Notes: a model not told the origin generated them from the letters alone. Positions 19,586 through 32,484 are shown, numbered from the stretch's first letter. The stretch: 64,000 bases of DNA from an uncultured bacterium (GCA_943787795.1 CALSNU010000001.1:96001-160000); one strand, 5' to 3'. Translations and numbers: made by a program.

Positions 19586-21036
19586 AGCACCCCCGCGCCG
19601 CAGAACGACTCGTCCTCCTCGCGGCGCCGCTCCTCGGGCTCACCCTCGCCTGCGGCGGCGAGGTGTGCGTCGATCGCCCCAACGTCGTCCTGATCTCCAT
19701 CGATACCCTGCGCCCTGACCACCTCGGGTGCTACGGCTACGCGCGGCCCACCTCGCCCAACATCGACGCCATCGCCGCCGAGGGTGCGCTCTTCGAGCAG
19801 CACATCAGCAGCGCTCCCTGGACCCTGCCCGCGCACGCGGCGATGTTCACCTCCGTCCCCGACAGCGTGCACGGCGTCGTTGACGCGGTGAAGTTCCGCC
19901 TGTCGGAGGAGTTCGAGACGCTGCCCGAGTCATTCCAGTCCGCGGGCTACTCGACCGCCGGCTTCTTCGCCGGCCCGTACCTCCACCCCGCCTTCGGCCT
20001 CGGCCAGGGATTCGATCGCTACGTGGACTGTGTCGAGACGGTGCCCGATGGCCAGGTCGACGCCGACAACGAGTGGTCCATGCGCGACCCGGTCCTGCGA
20101 GCCTCCCACCACGGTGTGACCAACGACAAGGTCTATGCGGAGTGGCAGCGCTTCTTTGGAGAGGCCTCCGAAGGGTCCGAGCCGTTCTTCGCCTTCGTGC
20201 ACCTCTGGGACGTGCACTTCGACTTCACGCCGCCAGCGCCCTACGACACGCTCTTTGACCCCGACTACGAGGGGCCGTATACCGGGCGAGACTTCTTCTA
20301 TGACCCCGCCATCAACGCGGCGATTCCGGCGCGAGACAAGGAGCACATCATCGCGCTGTACGACGGGGAGATCGCCTGGACCGACGAGATCGTCGGGCGC
20401 ATCCGCCACGACCTTGGCGCGGCGGGGCTCCTCGAGGACACGATCTTCGTGATCACCTCGGACCACGGCACCGAGCTCTTCGATCACGGTGGCAAGGGGC
20501 ACCGAACCACCCTCTACGACGAGCAGATTCACATCCCCCTCATCGTCCACTACCCGGGCGTTGTTAAGGCCGCACGCTTCGGCGGCCAGACGAGGATGAT
20601 TGATCTGGGCCCGACCCTGCGAGACCTCGCCGGTCTCCCGGCGGTCTCCACGACGATGGGCGCATCCCTGGGCCCGAGCCTGCGCGGAGAGACCTCCACC
20701 GCGCCGGATCGACCGGCGGTCTCCGAGCTGATGAGCGTGGGGCGTAACCTGCGGAGCCTGCGGACGGCAGAGGGGAAGTTCGTGGTCAACCACGACAACG
20801 GCGGCAGCGCCTGGTTCGACCTCGCGGAGGATCCCGGTGAGCTTCAGCCTCGCGGGCTCTCGGGCGACGGCGAGGGCGGCGGCGCTGCGCTGAAGCGCCT
20901 CTACGACGAGGCGGCTGAGGAGATCATCTCAGGGTTGGAGCGAGCACCTGCCGGGGCCGCGGCGGCCGACGTCCCGGCCAGCATTCAGCGCTCTCTTGCA
21001 GCCAATGGATACGCCGGGGGCGACGGCGACGAGTAG
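19582..21036 (+). CDS. Sulfatase-like (alkaline phosphatase superfamily) lipoprotein
   Basis: Lipobox LACGG; PNVVLISIDTLRPDHLGCYGY, SAPWTLPAHAAMFT, HLWDVH, YDGEI..TD, TSDHG, LYDEQIHIPLI. ATGA overlap with the upstream gene. Confidence 0.88.
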   Translation: MKHPRAAERLVLLAAPLLGLTLACGGEVCVDRPNVVLISIDTLRPDHLGCYGYARPTSPNIDAIAAEGALFEQHISSAPWTLPAHAAMFTSVPDSVHGVVDAVKFRLSEEFETLPESFQSAGYSTAGFFAGPYLHPAFGLGQGFDRYVDCVETVPDGQVDADNEWSMRDPVLRASHHGVTNDKVYAEWQRFFGEASEGSEPFFAFVHLWDVHFDFTPPAPYDTLFDPDYEGPYTGRDFFYDPAINAAIPARDKEHIIALYDGEIAWTDEIVGRIRHDLGAAGLLEDTIFVITSDHGTELFDHGGKGHRTTLYDEQIHIPLIVHYPGVVKAARFGGQTRMIDLGPTLRDLAGLPAVSTTMGASLGPSLRGETSTAPDRPAVSELMSVGRNLRSLRTAEGKFVVNHDNGGSAWFDLAEDPGELQPRGLSGDGEGGGAALKRLYDEAAEEIISGLERAPAGAAAADVPASIQRSLAANGYAGGDGDE

Positions 21037-21073
21037 GCGTCACCCCGGAGACGGCATCGGCGCACCCGGAATG

Positions 21074-21114
21074 CGAGCGGCCCCGGAGATCCATGGGAAC
21101 TCCGGGGCCGCTCG
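21074..21114. terminator. Hairpin between convergent genes
   Basis: 15-bp stem cgagcggccccggag / ctccggggccgctcg. Confidence 0.6.
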
Positions 21115-21162
21115 TCATGAAGTGCCGGCGAGGAGCGGGCTCCTCTCAGGCACGCCTGGGGA

Positions 21163-22365
21163 TCAGTTGAAGGTGATCTCGAGGCCGTCCGTGAAGTTGG
21201 ACGTGGTGGTGCCGGCGACGGCGTCGCGGTGCCAGGTGGTGAAGTTCCAGGTGTCGCCCGGCTGCACCGCGACCGTGCCCGTGGGCTGCGGCGTGTTGGT
21301 GAGGTCGAGGGCGAGCGAGAAGGCGCCCGTGGAGCCCGAGTTCAGGACCTGCCCGGGGCCGACGTAACGGCCAATGGCGCCGCCAAGGCACAGGTTGCCG
21401 GCGCTGCCGCCGGGGTTCGCGACCTGGGACTGGGTCTGGCTGGCGAGGAAGAAGCCGAACGAGTTCGTCGGAAGATCACCGGCGGTCAGCGTCAGGTCGT
21501 TGAGGCCAGCCTGGTCCGAGCCCGTGGCGGAGATGCTGCCGGTCGCGCCCGTGGAGTTCGGGTTGGCCGAGCAGTAGTTGATCCCGAGGCCGCCCGTCGG
21601 CGTGCCCTTCGCCACCACGATGTTGTCCCAGAAGTACAGGTCACCGTTGTTACCGCCGCTCGAGAGGCGAATCTCGTCGAAGTCGCCACCCGTGACCATC
21701 TCGTCGAGGTCAGCGGTGCCCGTGGGGTAGTCAACCTGGGGGTCAACCCACATGCGGCAACGGTTCTGGCCGGCCATGTAGTCCATGCGGACCACGAGGC
21801 GGGCAGCGACTTGATCGTTGGATCCCGGGACGATGGAGGCCGGGGCAGAGCCAGCGAGGTCGCCCTCGTCATCGATACCCCAACCCTGGGAGTTCCAGGG
21901 GGAGCCGAGGAAGAGAGACTCGGCCGGGTTCTGACCGGCCCGCCAAAGCGAGAGGCCGCCGTAGTGATCCTGGGGCTGGCCCTGGAAGTTGACGGTGCTG
22001 AAGGAGATCCAGATGGTCTCACCGTCGGCTCCCCAGCGACCGGTGATGGGGTCGATGAGCTCGGGGTGAGCAGAGAGATCGAACTGGCGATAGGCCGCGC
22101 CGAAGACGCCCGTCTGACCGGCGTAGCCGCCGAGGTTGTCCGCACCAGCGAAGGGGGGCTGGATGGACTGGTCGAACATGACCAGCTCGTCGTTGGCAGC
22201 GCCGCTGACCCACCAGGCGTTGGACCATCCTGTCCCGCCTGCCTGCTGGTAGAGCAGGCCAGGGACCGGGTACTCGAAGGAGTCCGAGGCCACGGGGGTG
22301 ATCTGAGCCGAGGCGGTCGCGCTGAGCCCGAGGGCCGCGATCGTGAGCGAGAGGGAACGAAGCAT
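21163..22365 (-). CDS. Secreted beta-rich protein with the conserved 141-aa C-terminal domain
   Basis: Signal peptide MLRSLSLTIAALGLSATASAQ; jelly-roll-like body (DSFEY...GGTGWSNAW...FDEIRL); C-terminal NYC...[10 protein letters not shown]...WHRD...SNFTDG domain. Confidence 0.85.
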   Translation of the reverse strand: MLRSLSLTIAALGLSATASAQITPVASDSFEYPVPGLLYQQAGGTGWSNAWWVSGAANDELVMFDQSIQPPFAGADNLGGYAGQTGVFGAAYRQFDLSAHPELIDPITGRWGADGETIWISFSTVNFQGQPQDHYGGLSLWRAGQNPAESLFLGSPWNSQGWGIDDEGDLAGSAPASIVPGSNDQVAARLVVRMDYMAGQNRCRMWVDPQVDYPTGTADLDEMVTGGDFDEIRLSSGGNNGDLYFWDNIVVAKGTPTGGLGINYCSANPNSTGATGSISATGSDQAGLNDLTLTAGDLPTNSFGFFLASQTQSQVANPGGSAGNLCLGGAIGRYVGPGQVLNSGSTGAFSLALDLTNTPQPTGTVAVQPGDTWNFTTWHRDAVAGTTTSNFTDGLEITFN

Positions 22366-22575
22366 GGGAGTGGGGAAGGAAGTGAGAGAGGTTGCTAGGT
22401 GAGGTCGAGCACTTGTCCTGCCCATCCTCCTCTCCATGATGAATGGCGAATCAGGCTCCGGGCACGAGGACCTAGCCCTTCCTTTGGGGTGTGACAAAGA
22501 GTCCCGTTAGCACCCCCGCTGACCGCCAAGGAAGTGATTCAAAACGAACCACTCTCCCGAGCCAGGAGCTCTGCT

Positions 22576-23168
22576 TCAGGGGTGCTGCAGGGCCCGTCCG
22601 AAGCGACTCACAATGCCGTGGGTCATGCCCCAGATCGTGTGTCCCTCGAAGCGCCAGGAGGGGAGTTTGTGGATCACCTCGCCGTGCTCGTAGCGAAATG
22701 GCTCGTCAAAGACGCCCGAGATCGCGGGCGCGAGGGGGAGCCAGAAGGCCTCCGAGGCCTCCGGCCCGAGCACCGGAGTCGAGGGCGCAGGGTGGTGGAA
22801 CACGAACGGTGTGATGAAGAGGTCGAGGCGCTCGCCGCGCGCGCGCGCCTGCACCGCCGGGAGGCGGCCGAGCATCCGTCCGCCGGTGGCGCCTGGGTCC
22901 ACGCCGACCTCCTCGATAGACTCTCGCCGGGCCGTGGCTTCAAGGGTCTCGTCCGAGTGCTCCTCGTGGCCGCCAGGGAGTCCGATTTGACCGGACCATC
23001 GATCTCCCGCTCGGACCGCGCGCCGCATGAGCAGCACCTCAAGCTCAGCCGTCGATCCGCCGCGCAAGAGCAGGGCGACGGCGGCCCGGCGCGCGCCGTC
23101 AGCGGCGGCGTCCTCGGCCTCGACGAGTCGAGAGACGGCCGCCTGCACCTCGCCGATGAGGAGGTCGC

Positions 23169-23172
<4 letters not shown>
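22576..23172 (-). CDS. Nudix hydrolase, CoA pyrophosphatase (NudL-like)
   Basis: AAVALLL...LLMRRA...WSGQIGLPGG.EE..DE.LEATARRES.EEVG, and IWGMT. ATGA overlap with the ABC gene stop. Confidence 0.88.
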
Positions 23173-24962
<1,790 letters not shown>

Positions 24963-25029
24963 GGGGCGCGCAGAGGATAGCCGCCGCCATGCCGCTCTGC
25001 CCGAGCAATGGGCTACGCTCGCCGCCGTC

Positions 25030-25443
25030 ATGAACGCCGAGACGCTGACTCACGCCGGGGGGATCGTGCTGCGCGGAGCCCGCGGCGCTCGTGAGGTCCT
25101 GCTGGTCCGCCCACTCGCTCGACCAGAGGCCCCCTGGGTGCTGCCGAAGGGCCACATCGAGCCCGGGGAGGACGCGGAGGCGGCGGCGTTGCGTGAGGTT
25201 CGGGAGGAGTCAGGCGTTCAGGGGTTCGCTCCACGCTGGGCGGGCCGGGTCAAGTTTGAGGTCCATGGGGTCGGGGTGAAGTGCGGCTTCTACGCCATGG
25301 AGTGCGGAGCGGTGGAGGTCGCGGAGGAGCCTCGCGACCGGGTGTGGGTCCCAGCCGGCGGCGTCGCGGCGGCGCTCCCGTTCCCTGAGACCGTCGCGCT
25401 GATCGAGGCGGTGCTCGCGGAGGATCAGGGCCCGCCGGCCTGA
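25030..25443 (+). CDS. Nudix hydrolase
   Basis: HAGGIV...VLLV...WVLPKGHIEPGEDAEAAALREVREESG Nudix box. Confidence 0.88.
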   Translation: MNAETLTHAGGIVLRGARGAREVLLVRPLARPEAPWVLPKGHIEPGEDAEAAALREVREESGVQGFAPRWAGRVKFEVHGVGVKCGFYAMECGAVEVAEEPRDRVWVPAGGVAAALPFPETVALIEAVLAEDQGPPA

Positions 25444-25497
25444 GTGGGGCGGCGCCGCTGATCGCTTGCTGGCCGCACGCGGTTACGCTCGGTGGTG

Positions 25498-27231
25498 ATG
25501 CAGAACCTCTCCGGCTCCCTCCCGCCCGTGCCGCCCGGACACGCGCCGACCTCTGCGGCTGAGCAGGACGCGGCGATCGCGACGCTCCGCGCGGCATCAG
25601 AGCGCTGGCGCGCCGCGACGCTGGCCGAGCAGGTCGAGCTGCTTGAGGCCCTCATCCCCACGGTCATGGCGGCCTCCGAGGGGTGGGTGGCGGCGGGCTG
25701 CGCGTTGAAGGGGGTCCAGCGCGGCGCTCACGCCGAGACGGAGGAGTGGCTCGGCGGCCCCTACACGGTGCTGCGTGGCGTCCGTCAGCTGGTTCGATCC
25801 CTCAAGGACCTGGCGGATCGCGGCGCGCCGCAGCTCCCGGGCGTGGCGAAGGCTCTCCCGAATGGACAGGTGGCCGCGCCGGTGTTCCCCGCCGACCCCC
25901 TGGACCGGATCCTCCTCCGCGGGATCACGGCGGAGGTCTGGCTGGATCCGGAGGTCACGCTCGACGGCGTCCCGGAGAGCATGGCTGGAGGCCAGCGCCC
26001 GGCGTCGCGTCGAGCGAGGGTCGCCCTCGTCCTCGGGGCTGGGAACGTCACCTCCATCGGGCCCATGGACGTGCTGCACAAGCTCTTCTCCGAGGGTGAG
26101 TGCGTGGTCCTGAAGCTGAACCCCGTGAACGAGGCGGTCGGTCCGGCCCTGACAGAGGCCCTTCGCCCGCTGATCGACGCCGACGTCCTGCGCATCATGT
26201 ACGGCGGCGCCGAGGTCGGCGACCGGCTCTGTCAGCACGATGGGATCGACTCCATCCACGTCACGGGCTCGCTCTCGACCCACGACCGAGTGGTCTGGGG
26301 GGAGGGCACCGAGGCCGCCGACCGCAAGCGCGCCGGGACGCCACGGAATACACGACCCGTGACGAGCGAGCTTGGGAATGTCAGCCCGGTGATCGTGATT
26401 CCCGGGCCCTGGTCCAAGGGGGACCTGCGGTATCACGGGGAGAACCTCGCCAGCTCGTTGACCACCAACGCGGGCTTCAACTGCAACGCGACACGCGTGA
26501 TGCTGACCCACGCGGGATGGTCCCAGCGGGATGACCTGCTGGCGGCGGTTCGTGAGGCGCTGGGGGACACCGAGGTGCGGCCGGCCTACTACCCCGGCCA
26601 GCAGGCGCAGCGCGACGCCTTCCTCGTCGCGCACCCCGACGCCACGCGGGTGGGCGAGGGTGAGGCGCCCTGGCTCCTTGCGGAGGGTCTCGACCCCTCC
26701 GAGCGTCTCGACCCCTGCTTTCAGCACGAGTTCTGGTGCGGGGCGATGGGCGAGGCTCCGCTGCCGGCGGAGGACACGGCGGAGTTCATCCGTAAGGCCG
26801 TGCGCCTCGCGAACGAGGTCATCTCTGGGAGCCTCAACGTGACCGTGCTCGTCCATCCACTGTCCATGAGGGACCCGGTCATCGGGCGGGCGGTGGAGCG
26901 CGCGATCAGCGACCTGCGCTTCGGGACCGTGGCGGTGAATCTCTGGGCGGCGGCGTCCTTCCCCCTCGGCTCGACCACCTGGGGTGCGTTCCCCGGGGGC
27001 TCGCTCGACGACGCGGGGAGCGGCATCGGGACGGTCCACAACACGTTCCTCTTCGATCGGCCGCAGAAGACCGTCCTGCGGGCGCCCTTCAGGGTCTTCC
27101 CGCGCCCCGCGTGGTTCACGCGGAATTCATCGGGACCTGCGGTCGGGCGCCACCTCACGTCGCTGACGGCGAGGCCGACCCTCGGACGTCTCCTCCGCGT
27201 GCTCCTCGCAGCGGTCGGCCTCGGACGCTGA
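25498..27231 (+). CDS. Aldehyde dehydrogenase family protein
   Basis: LGAGN, VVLKLNPVN, IHVTGS, SELGNVSP, NAGFNCNA (catalytic Cys), EFW, FGTVAVN. Confidence 0.9.
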   Translation: MQNLSGSLPPVPPGHAPTSAAEQDAAIATLRAASERWRAATLAEQVELLEALIPTVMAASEGWVAAGCALKGVQRGAHAETEEWLGGPYTVLRGVRQLVRSLKDLADRGAPQLPGVAKALPNGQVAAPVFPADPLDRILLRGITAEVWLDPEVTLDGVPESMAGGQRPASRRARVALVLGAGNVTSIGPMDVLHKLFSEGECVVLKLNPVNEAVGPALTEALRPLIDADVLRIMYGGAEVGDRLCQHDGIDSIHVTGSLSTHDRVVWGEGTEAADRKRAGTPRNTRPVTSELGNVSPVIVIPGPWSKGDLRYHGENLASSLTTNAGFNCNATRVMLTHAGWSQRDDLLAAVREALGDTEVRPAYYPGQQAQRDAFLVAHPDATRVGEGEAPWLLAEGLDPSERLDPCFQHEFWCGAMGEAPLPAEDTAEFIRKAVRLANEVISGSLNVTVLVHPLSMRDPVIGRAVERAISDLRFGTVAVNLWAAASFPLGSTTWGAFPGGSLDDAGSGIGTVHNTFLFDRPQKTVLRAPFRVFPRPAWFTRNSSGPAVGRHLTSLTARPTLGRLLRVLLAAVGLGR

Positions 27232-27287
27232 TCCGCCCTCCGCTCACGGGCCGGGCCGTGCACCAGCGCGGACCTCCCAGGGCGCTC

Positions 27288-27372
27288 GCACCTCGGCTTC
27301 GCGGGCACCTCAGTTTCGGGCGCGCCTCGGGTCTGGGCGCAACTCGGGTCTGGGCGCACCTCGGGTCTGGGC
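27288..27372. repeat. 17-bp tandem repeat x5 with a divergence gradient
   Basis: gcacctcggcttcgcgg, gcacctcagtttcgggc, gcgcctcgggtctgggc, gcaactcgggtctgggc, gcacctcgggtctgggc. Confidence 0.75.
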
Positions 27373-27497
27373 GCGCCGGCACGGCCGCCCCGTCGACGGT
27401 GATCCCTCGGCGCTCGGTCAAGCTCCCGAACGTGCCAGCCGGGGGCGCGATTCCGCCCGCCGATCCCCGCGGCGGAGGACCGGCGAGGCGAGCGCGC

Positions 27498-27776
27498 TCA
27501 CGAGCGGCTGGTGACCTCGAGGAGGTGGTAGCCGAACTGGGTCTTGACCGGACCGTGGACCTCACCGACGGCCTCGTTGAAGACGACCGTGTCGAACTCC
27601 TTGACCATCTGGCCCGGGCCGAACTCGCCGAGGTTGCCGCCGCTCTTGCCCGAGGGGCAGGAGGAGTGCTGCTTCGCGAGGTCCTCGAAGGCGGCGCCGC
27701 CGGCGATCTCCTCCTTCAGCTTGAGGCACTTCTCTTCCGTGTCGACGAGGATGTGGCGTGCGGATGCGCGGGCCAT
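27498..27776 (-). CDS. ppiC: Parvulin peptidyl-prolyl cis-trans isomerase
   Basis: ASARHILV, FEDLAKQHSSCPSGKSGGNLGEFGPGQMVKEFD, GPVKTQFGYHLL. SD AAGGAG upstream. Confidence 0.96.
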   Translation of the reverse strand: MARASARHILVDTEEKCLKLKEEIAGGAAFEDLAKQHSSCPSGKSGGNLGEFGPGQMVKEFDTVVFNEAVGEVHGPVKTQFGYHLLEVTSRS

Positions 27777-27911
27777 GGTGTTGCTCCTTGTTGGTTGGGG
27801 TCCCTGAAAAACGAGCGAGGAGCATAGCGCCTCAAGCCCCAGGGGGGCGTTGTCATACGGAGGGTCGACCTCGGGGCGACGGAGGGGGGGGCGGCTCGCT
27901 ACCGTGAGGCC

Positions 27912-28139
27912 ATGGCCCTGCGACATCTGCTCCTCCTGATCTACCTCACGGTCGCGGTGTTGAGCCTGACCGGACTCCTCTTCCGCGACCTCGCCACGGC
28001 GGACGGGCTGGTCCTTGGGTTGCCGATGGGCCTGGCCTGGGTCACCGGCTGGGCTGCGCTGACGCCGTTCGTGATGTGGGCGTACATGAGGACGGAGCCA
28101 GAGGACGCGAACGCTGCGGACGGCGGGGGAGAGTCGTGA
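27912..28139 (+). CDS. Small 2-TM accessory protein of a solute:sodium symporter (DUF3311/DUF485-like)
   Basis: 75 aa, two hydrophobic segments with VLGLP..LAW..GW. GTGA overlap with the symporter gene. Confidence 0.7.
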   Translation: MALRHLLLLIYLTVAVLSLTGLLFRDLATADGLVLGLPMGLAWVTGWAALTPFVMWAYMRTEPEDANAADGGGES

Positions 28140-29560
28140 GCGCCGAGGCCCAGATCCTGCTGGTGGTCGGCGCCTACCTGGCGCTCAACCTCTTCGTGGG
28201 CTGGCGCGCGGCCCGGTCGGCGAGTGACAGCGCCACAGGGTTCGTCGCGGGCGACCGCTCCATGGGTCCCGTGCTCATGTACTTCGTCACCGGCGCCACC
28301 ATCTTCAGCGCCTTCGCGTTCCTCGGGGCGCCTGGCCGCGCCTTCTCCACCGGCGCGGCGGCGTTCCACATCCTCGCCTTCGGCGTGCTGGGCTTCCTGC
28401 CCTTCTACTGGACCGGACCGGCGGCCGCGCGGCTCGGGCGGCGCAAGGGCTACATCACCCAGGCGGAGCTGGTGGCCGGAGAGCTGGGCTTCCGTCCGCT
28501 CGCGCCTGTCATGGCGGTGGTCAGCCTGCTGGCCTTCGTGCCCTACCTCGCGCTCCAGATGCGCGGCGCGGGGCACGTGCTCGAGGTCCTCACCTCTGGG
28601 GCCATGTCCGTGGAGGTCGGCGCCGCGGTGGTCTACGGCGTGGTGCTCCTCTACGTGTGGCACAGCGGCGTCATGGGGGTCGGCTGGACCAACACCCTCC
28701 AGGGCCTCTTCATGATGATCATGGCCTGGTCGCTCGGGCTGTACTTGCCGCGCGCCCTGCACGGCAGCGTGGGGGAGATGTTTCGGGCGATCGACCCCGA
28801 GTTCCTCCGGCTCCCCGGGGGCGCCGCGCAGGAGGGTGAGCGCTGGTCATGGCTCGGCTACGGCAGCTCGGTCTTCGTCATGGCCGCCGGCTTCTCCTTC
28901 TGGCCGCACCTCTTCCAGAAGGCCTTCGCGGCGCGCAGCGAGCGCGTGATCCGGCGCACGGTCGTGCTCTACCCCACCTTCCAGCTGTTCCTGCTGCCGA
29001 TCCTGCTCATCGGCTTCGCGGCCGTGGGCTTCGAGCCCGCGCCAGAGCAGGCGGACCAGGTGCTGCCGCATCTCCTGCTCCAGCTGGACCTCCCGGCGCT
29101 CCTGATCGGCCTCTTCTGTGCCGGCGCCCTCGCTGCCTCCATGTCCAGCGGCGACGCGATCCTGCACTCCGCCGCGTCCATCCTCGTCCGTGACGGTTGG
29201 ATCGTTGGTGCCAAGCGGTCCCTCAGCCCGGAGGCAGAGCGGCGCGCCGTGCGCTGGATGCTGCTCCCGATCCTGGTGATCTCCTACGTCACGGCGGTCT
29301 CGTTCCACGAGGACCTGGTCGGCCTGCTCTCCTACGCCTACGGCCCGATGGGACAGCTCGCGCCCCCGGTCCTCGCGGCGCTGTTCTGGAAGCGGGCTAC
29401 GGGGATCGCCGCGCTCCTCGGCCTGCTCCTCGGCTCGGCGGCCACGTTGGGCTGGCCTCACCTGATGCCGCCCTCTGACCTCCACCCCGGGCTCCCCGGC
29501 CTCGCCGTGAACGCGGCGGTGATCCTCGTCGTGTCGCTCATGACCTCCCGAAGGGCGTGA
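28136..29560 (+). CDS. Sodium:solute symporter family protein
   Basis: F.AGDRSMG, ATIFSAFAFLGAPG, YLALQM.GAG, GVMGVGWTNTLQG, WPH.FQK, GALAASMSS; many TM segments. Confidence 0.92.
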   Translation: MSAEAQILLVVGAYLALNLFVGWRAARSASDSATGFVAGDRSMGPVLMYFVTGATIFSAFAFLGAPGRAFSTGAAAFHILAFGVLGFLPFYWTGPAAARLGRRKGYITQAELVAGELGFRPLAPVMAVVSLLAFVPYLALQMRGAGHVLEVLTSGAMSVEVGAAVVYGVVLLYVWHSGVMGVGWTNTLQGLFMMIMAWSLGLYLPRALHGSVGEMFRAIDPEFLRLPGGAAQEGERWSWLGYGSSVFVMAAGFSFWPHLFQKAFAARSERVIRRTVVLYPTFQLFLLPILLIGFAAVGFEPAPEQADQVLPHLLLQLDLPALLIGLFCAGALAASMSSGDAILHSAASILVRDGWIVGAKRSLSPEAERRAVRWMLLPILVISYVTAVSFHEDLVGLLSYAYGPMGQLAPPVLAALFWKRATGIAALLGLLLGSAATLGWPHLMPPSDLHPGLPGLAVNAAVILVVSLMTSRRA

Positions 29561-29651
29561 TCCTCGCCGCGGAACGACCGCGGCCCGCCCCGAGTGACTC
29601 GGAACGGGCCGTGTGGGTCGATGGCTGCTACCGCCGGCGGCGGCGTTGGCC

Positions 29652-31268
29652 TCACTCGAAGACGATCTCGTAGCCGTCGGTGAAGTTCGACGTGACCGAG
29701 CCGCCAACGCTATCCCTGTGCCAGAGCTGGAAGTTCCAGGTCTCGCCCGGCTGAACGGAGACGGCGCCGGAGGGTTGGGGGACCTGGGTGTTGTCGATGA
29801 CCAGGGAGATCCGGCCCAGGGGGCCCGAGCTCTGGATCTGGCCGGGGCCGATGTAGCGGCCGATGGCGCCGCCGAGGCAGAAGTTGCCCTGGCTGCCGCC
29901 AGGGTTCTGGACGAAGCCCTGGGAGCGGCTCGTCAGGAAGAAGCCGAAGGCGTTGGTGGGGAGGCCGACCCCTTCGAGCATCAGGTCGTTGGCGGCGACG
30001 CTCGAGGAGCCTGTGGCTCCCAGGGCGGCGGCGACGCCTGTCGAGTTGACGGCCGCTGCGCAGTAGTTCGTGCCGATCTCCGGGAAGCCGTACACGCAGA
30101 CGGCGCCGTCGAAGGGCGTGTTGCCGACGGGGTATCCGGTCTCGGTGATCAGGGACTGAACGCCGTCCGTTGCCACGGCGAGACCGAAGCAGGCGCTCGC
30201 CTGAGGCGCCGAAGAGGCCAAGCGACCGACCAGCGCGCCGGTCGCGGCGTTGAACTCGAACGCCGCTCCTTGGAAGTTGGGTCCCGAGAAGGGGGCGCCG
30301 ACCACGGCGACCTCACCGGAGAGGGCGACGGCATTGCCGAACAAGGAGTCCTCGGAGGGGCTGGGTGCTGTGAGCTTGCGGAGCTGCTGCGCGGTCGAGA
30401 CCTCGAAGACGTAAGCGGAGCCAGCCCTGGCGACGCCGTTGAACGAATCAGCCGGCGCTCCGATGACGGCGCGGTCACCGCTCAGGGAGACCACCTCGCC
30501 GAATCGATCACCGGGCTGCCGGTCGAGCGCCGTCAGCTTGCGCAGGAACGGGAAGCCCGGGGACGACAGGTCGTAGACGTAGACTGAACCTCGCTCACTG
30601 TCGTCGCCCGGTGCGCCGACCAGCATGAGGTTCCCCTCCACCGCGATGTCCGAGGCGAAGTTGTCATTGTCCTCCACGTCGAACGGCTGGAGGATCTCGA
30701 GCTCCTGCCGGGTCACCCGATCGAAGATGTGAACCGCGCCGCGGTCCCCTTCGAAGAAGGAGACGTCGATTCTCGGCGAGCCGATGAGGATGTAGTCCTT
30801 GTGGAGGGCGACCGCCTTCCCCTGATTATCGTTCGCGATGGGGACGGAGCCCGAGAGGAAGTCAATGATCTGCCCTGTGGCGGAGTCCATGAGCCAGGCG
30901 CCGCCGATGTCATCCGTGATGACGGTGGAGATCGGGTTGGTGTCGAGGTAAGGCGCGCCCACGATCGCCAGGTCGCCGTCGAGCGCCACGTCCCAGCCGT
31001 AATACACGATGTCGGAGGGATCGTTGGCGTTCGGGTTGGGCAGCTCCAGGAGCGGCGTCCCGGTCGCGGTGTCGATGATCCAGGTCGACCGATCGAGGTT
31101 CGAGATGATGGAGCGGCCGCCGTCGGTCGCGATGCTCCAGCCGAAGGTGTTTCCGAAGGGGTCGGGAGCCGGGTTGGCGATCCGATAGGACTCGGAGACG
31201 GTCTGGGCGGATCCGATCGAGCAGAGCGCAGCTGCGATGAGGAGGCGCCGGGTTATACGGAGGTTCAT
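29652..31268 (-). CDS. Secreted FG-GAP repeat (beta-propeller) protein with the conserved 141-aa C-terminal domain
   Basis: Signal peptide ending GSAQ; repeated FG..VALSG..AVVGAP...GSAYVF units; same C-terminal domain as 21163 and 63203. Confidence 0.9.
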   Translation of the reverse strand: MNLRITRRLLIAAALCSIGSAQTVSESYRIANPAPDPFGNTFGWSIATDGGRSIISNLDRSTWIIDTATGTPLLELPNPNANDPSDIVYYGWDVALDGDLAIVGAPYLDTNPISTVITDDIGGAWLMDSATGQIIDFLSGSVPIANDNQGKAVALHKDYILIGSPRIDVSFFEGDRGAVHIFDRVTRQELEILQPFDVEDNDNFASDIAVEGNLMLVGAPGDDSERGSVYVYDLSSPGFPFLRKLTALDRQPGDRFGEVVSLSGDRAVIGAPADSFNGVARAGSAYVFEVSTAQQLRKLTAPSPSEDSLFGNAVALSGEVAVVGAPFSGPNFQGAAFEFNAATGALVGRLASSAPQASACFGLAVATDGVQSLITETGYPVGNTPFDGAVCVYGFPEIGTNYCAAAVNSTGVAAALGATGSSSVAANDLMLEGVGLPTNAFGFFLTSRSQGFVQNPGGSQGNFCLGGAIGRYIGPGQIQSSGPLGRISLVIDNTQVPQPSGAVSVQPGETWNFQLWHRDSVGGSVTSNFTDGYEIVFE

Positions 31269-31444
31269 GCCGGTGGGAAGTTGGTGAGCGAGCGAGGAGA
31301 CCGCGGTTTGGCCGCGTCATCACCAATAGGCGCTTCGCGCAGCGGGGTCACACTGGATGACAGCGGCTCTGAATATTCTCGCAAGCTGCGGCGTCGATCG
31401 ACCATCGGCATGGGATCGTTGCAGACCCAGGCCCCGAAACGAGA

Positions 31445-31476
31445 GGAGCGGGCTGATCGCCAGATCAGCCCGCTCC
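31445..31476 (-). terminator. Hairpin downstream of etfA
   Basis: 14-bp stem ggagcgggctgatc / gatcagcccgctcc, 4-nt loop. Confidence 0.65.
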
Positions 31477-31499
31477 CCGCAATCACGGTCTGGCCCGGT

Positions 31500-32450
<951 letters not shown>

Positions 32451-32484
32451 GGCTGGTTCTCCTTGGATCTCGTGGGTCAGCGTC

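Noticed and set aside
16644..21036. Possible genomic island integrated at tRNA-Val
   Set aside because: No integrase, no duplicated tRNA 3' end noticed, and no compositional shift downstream.
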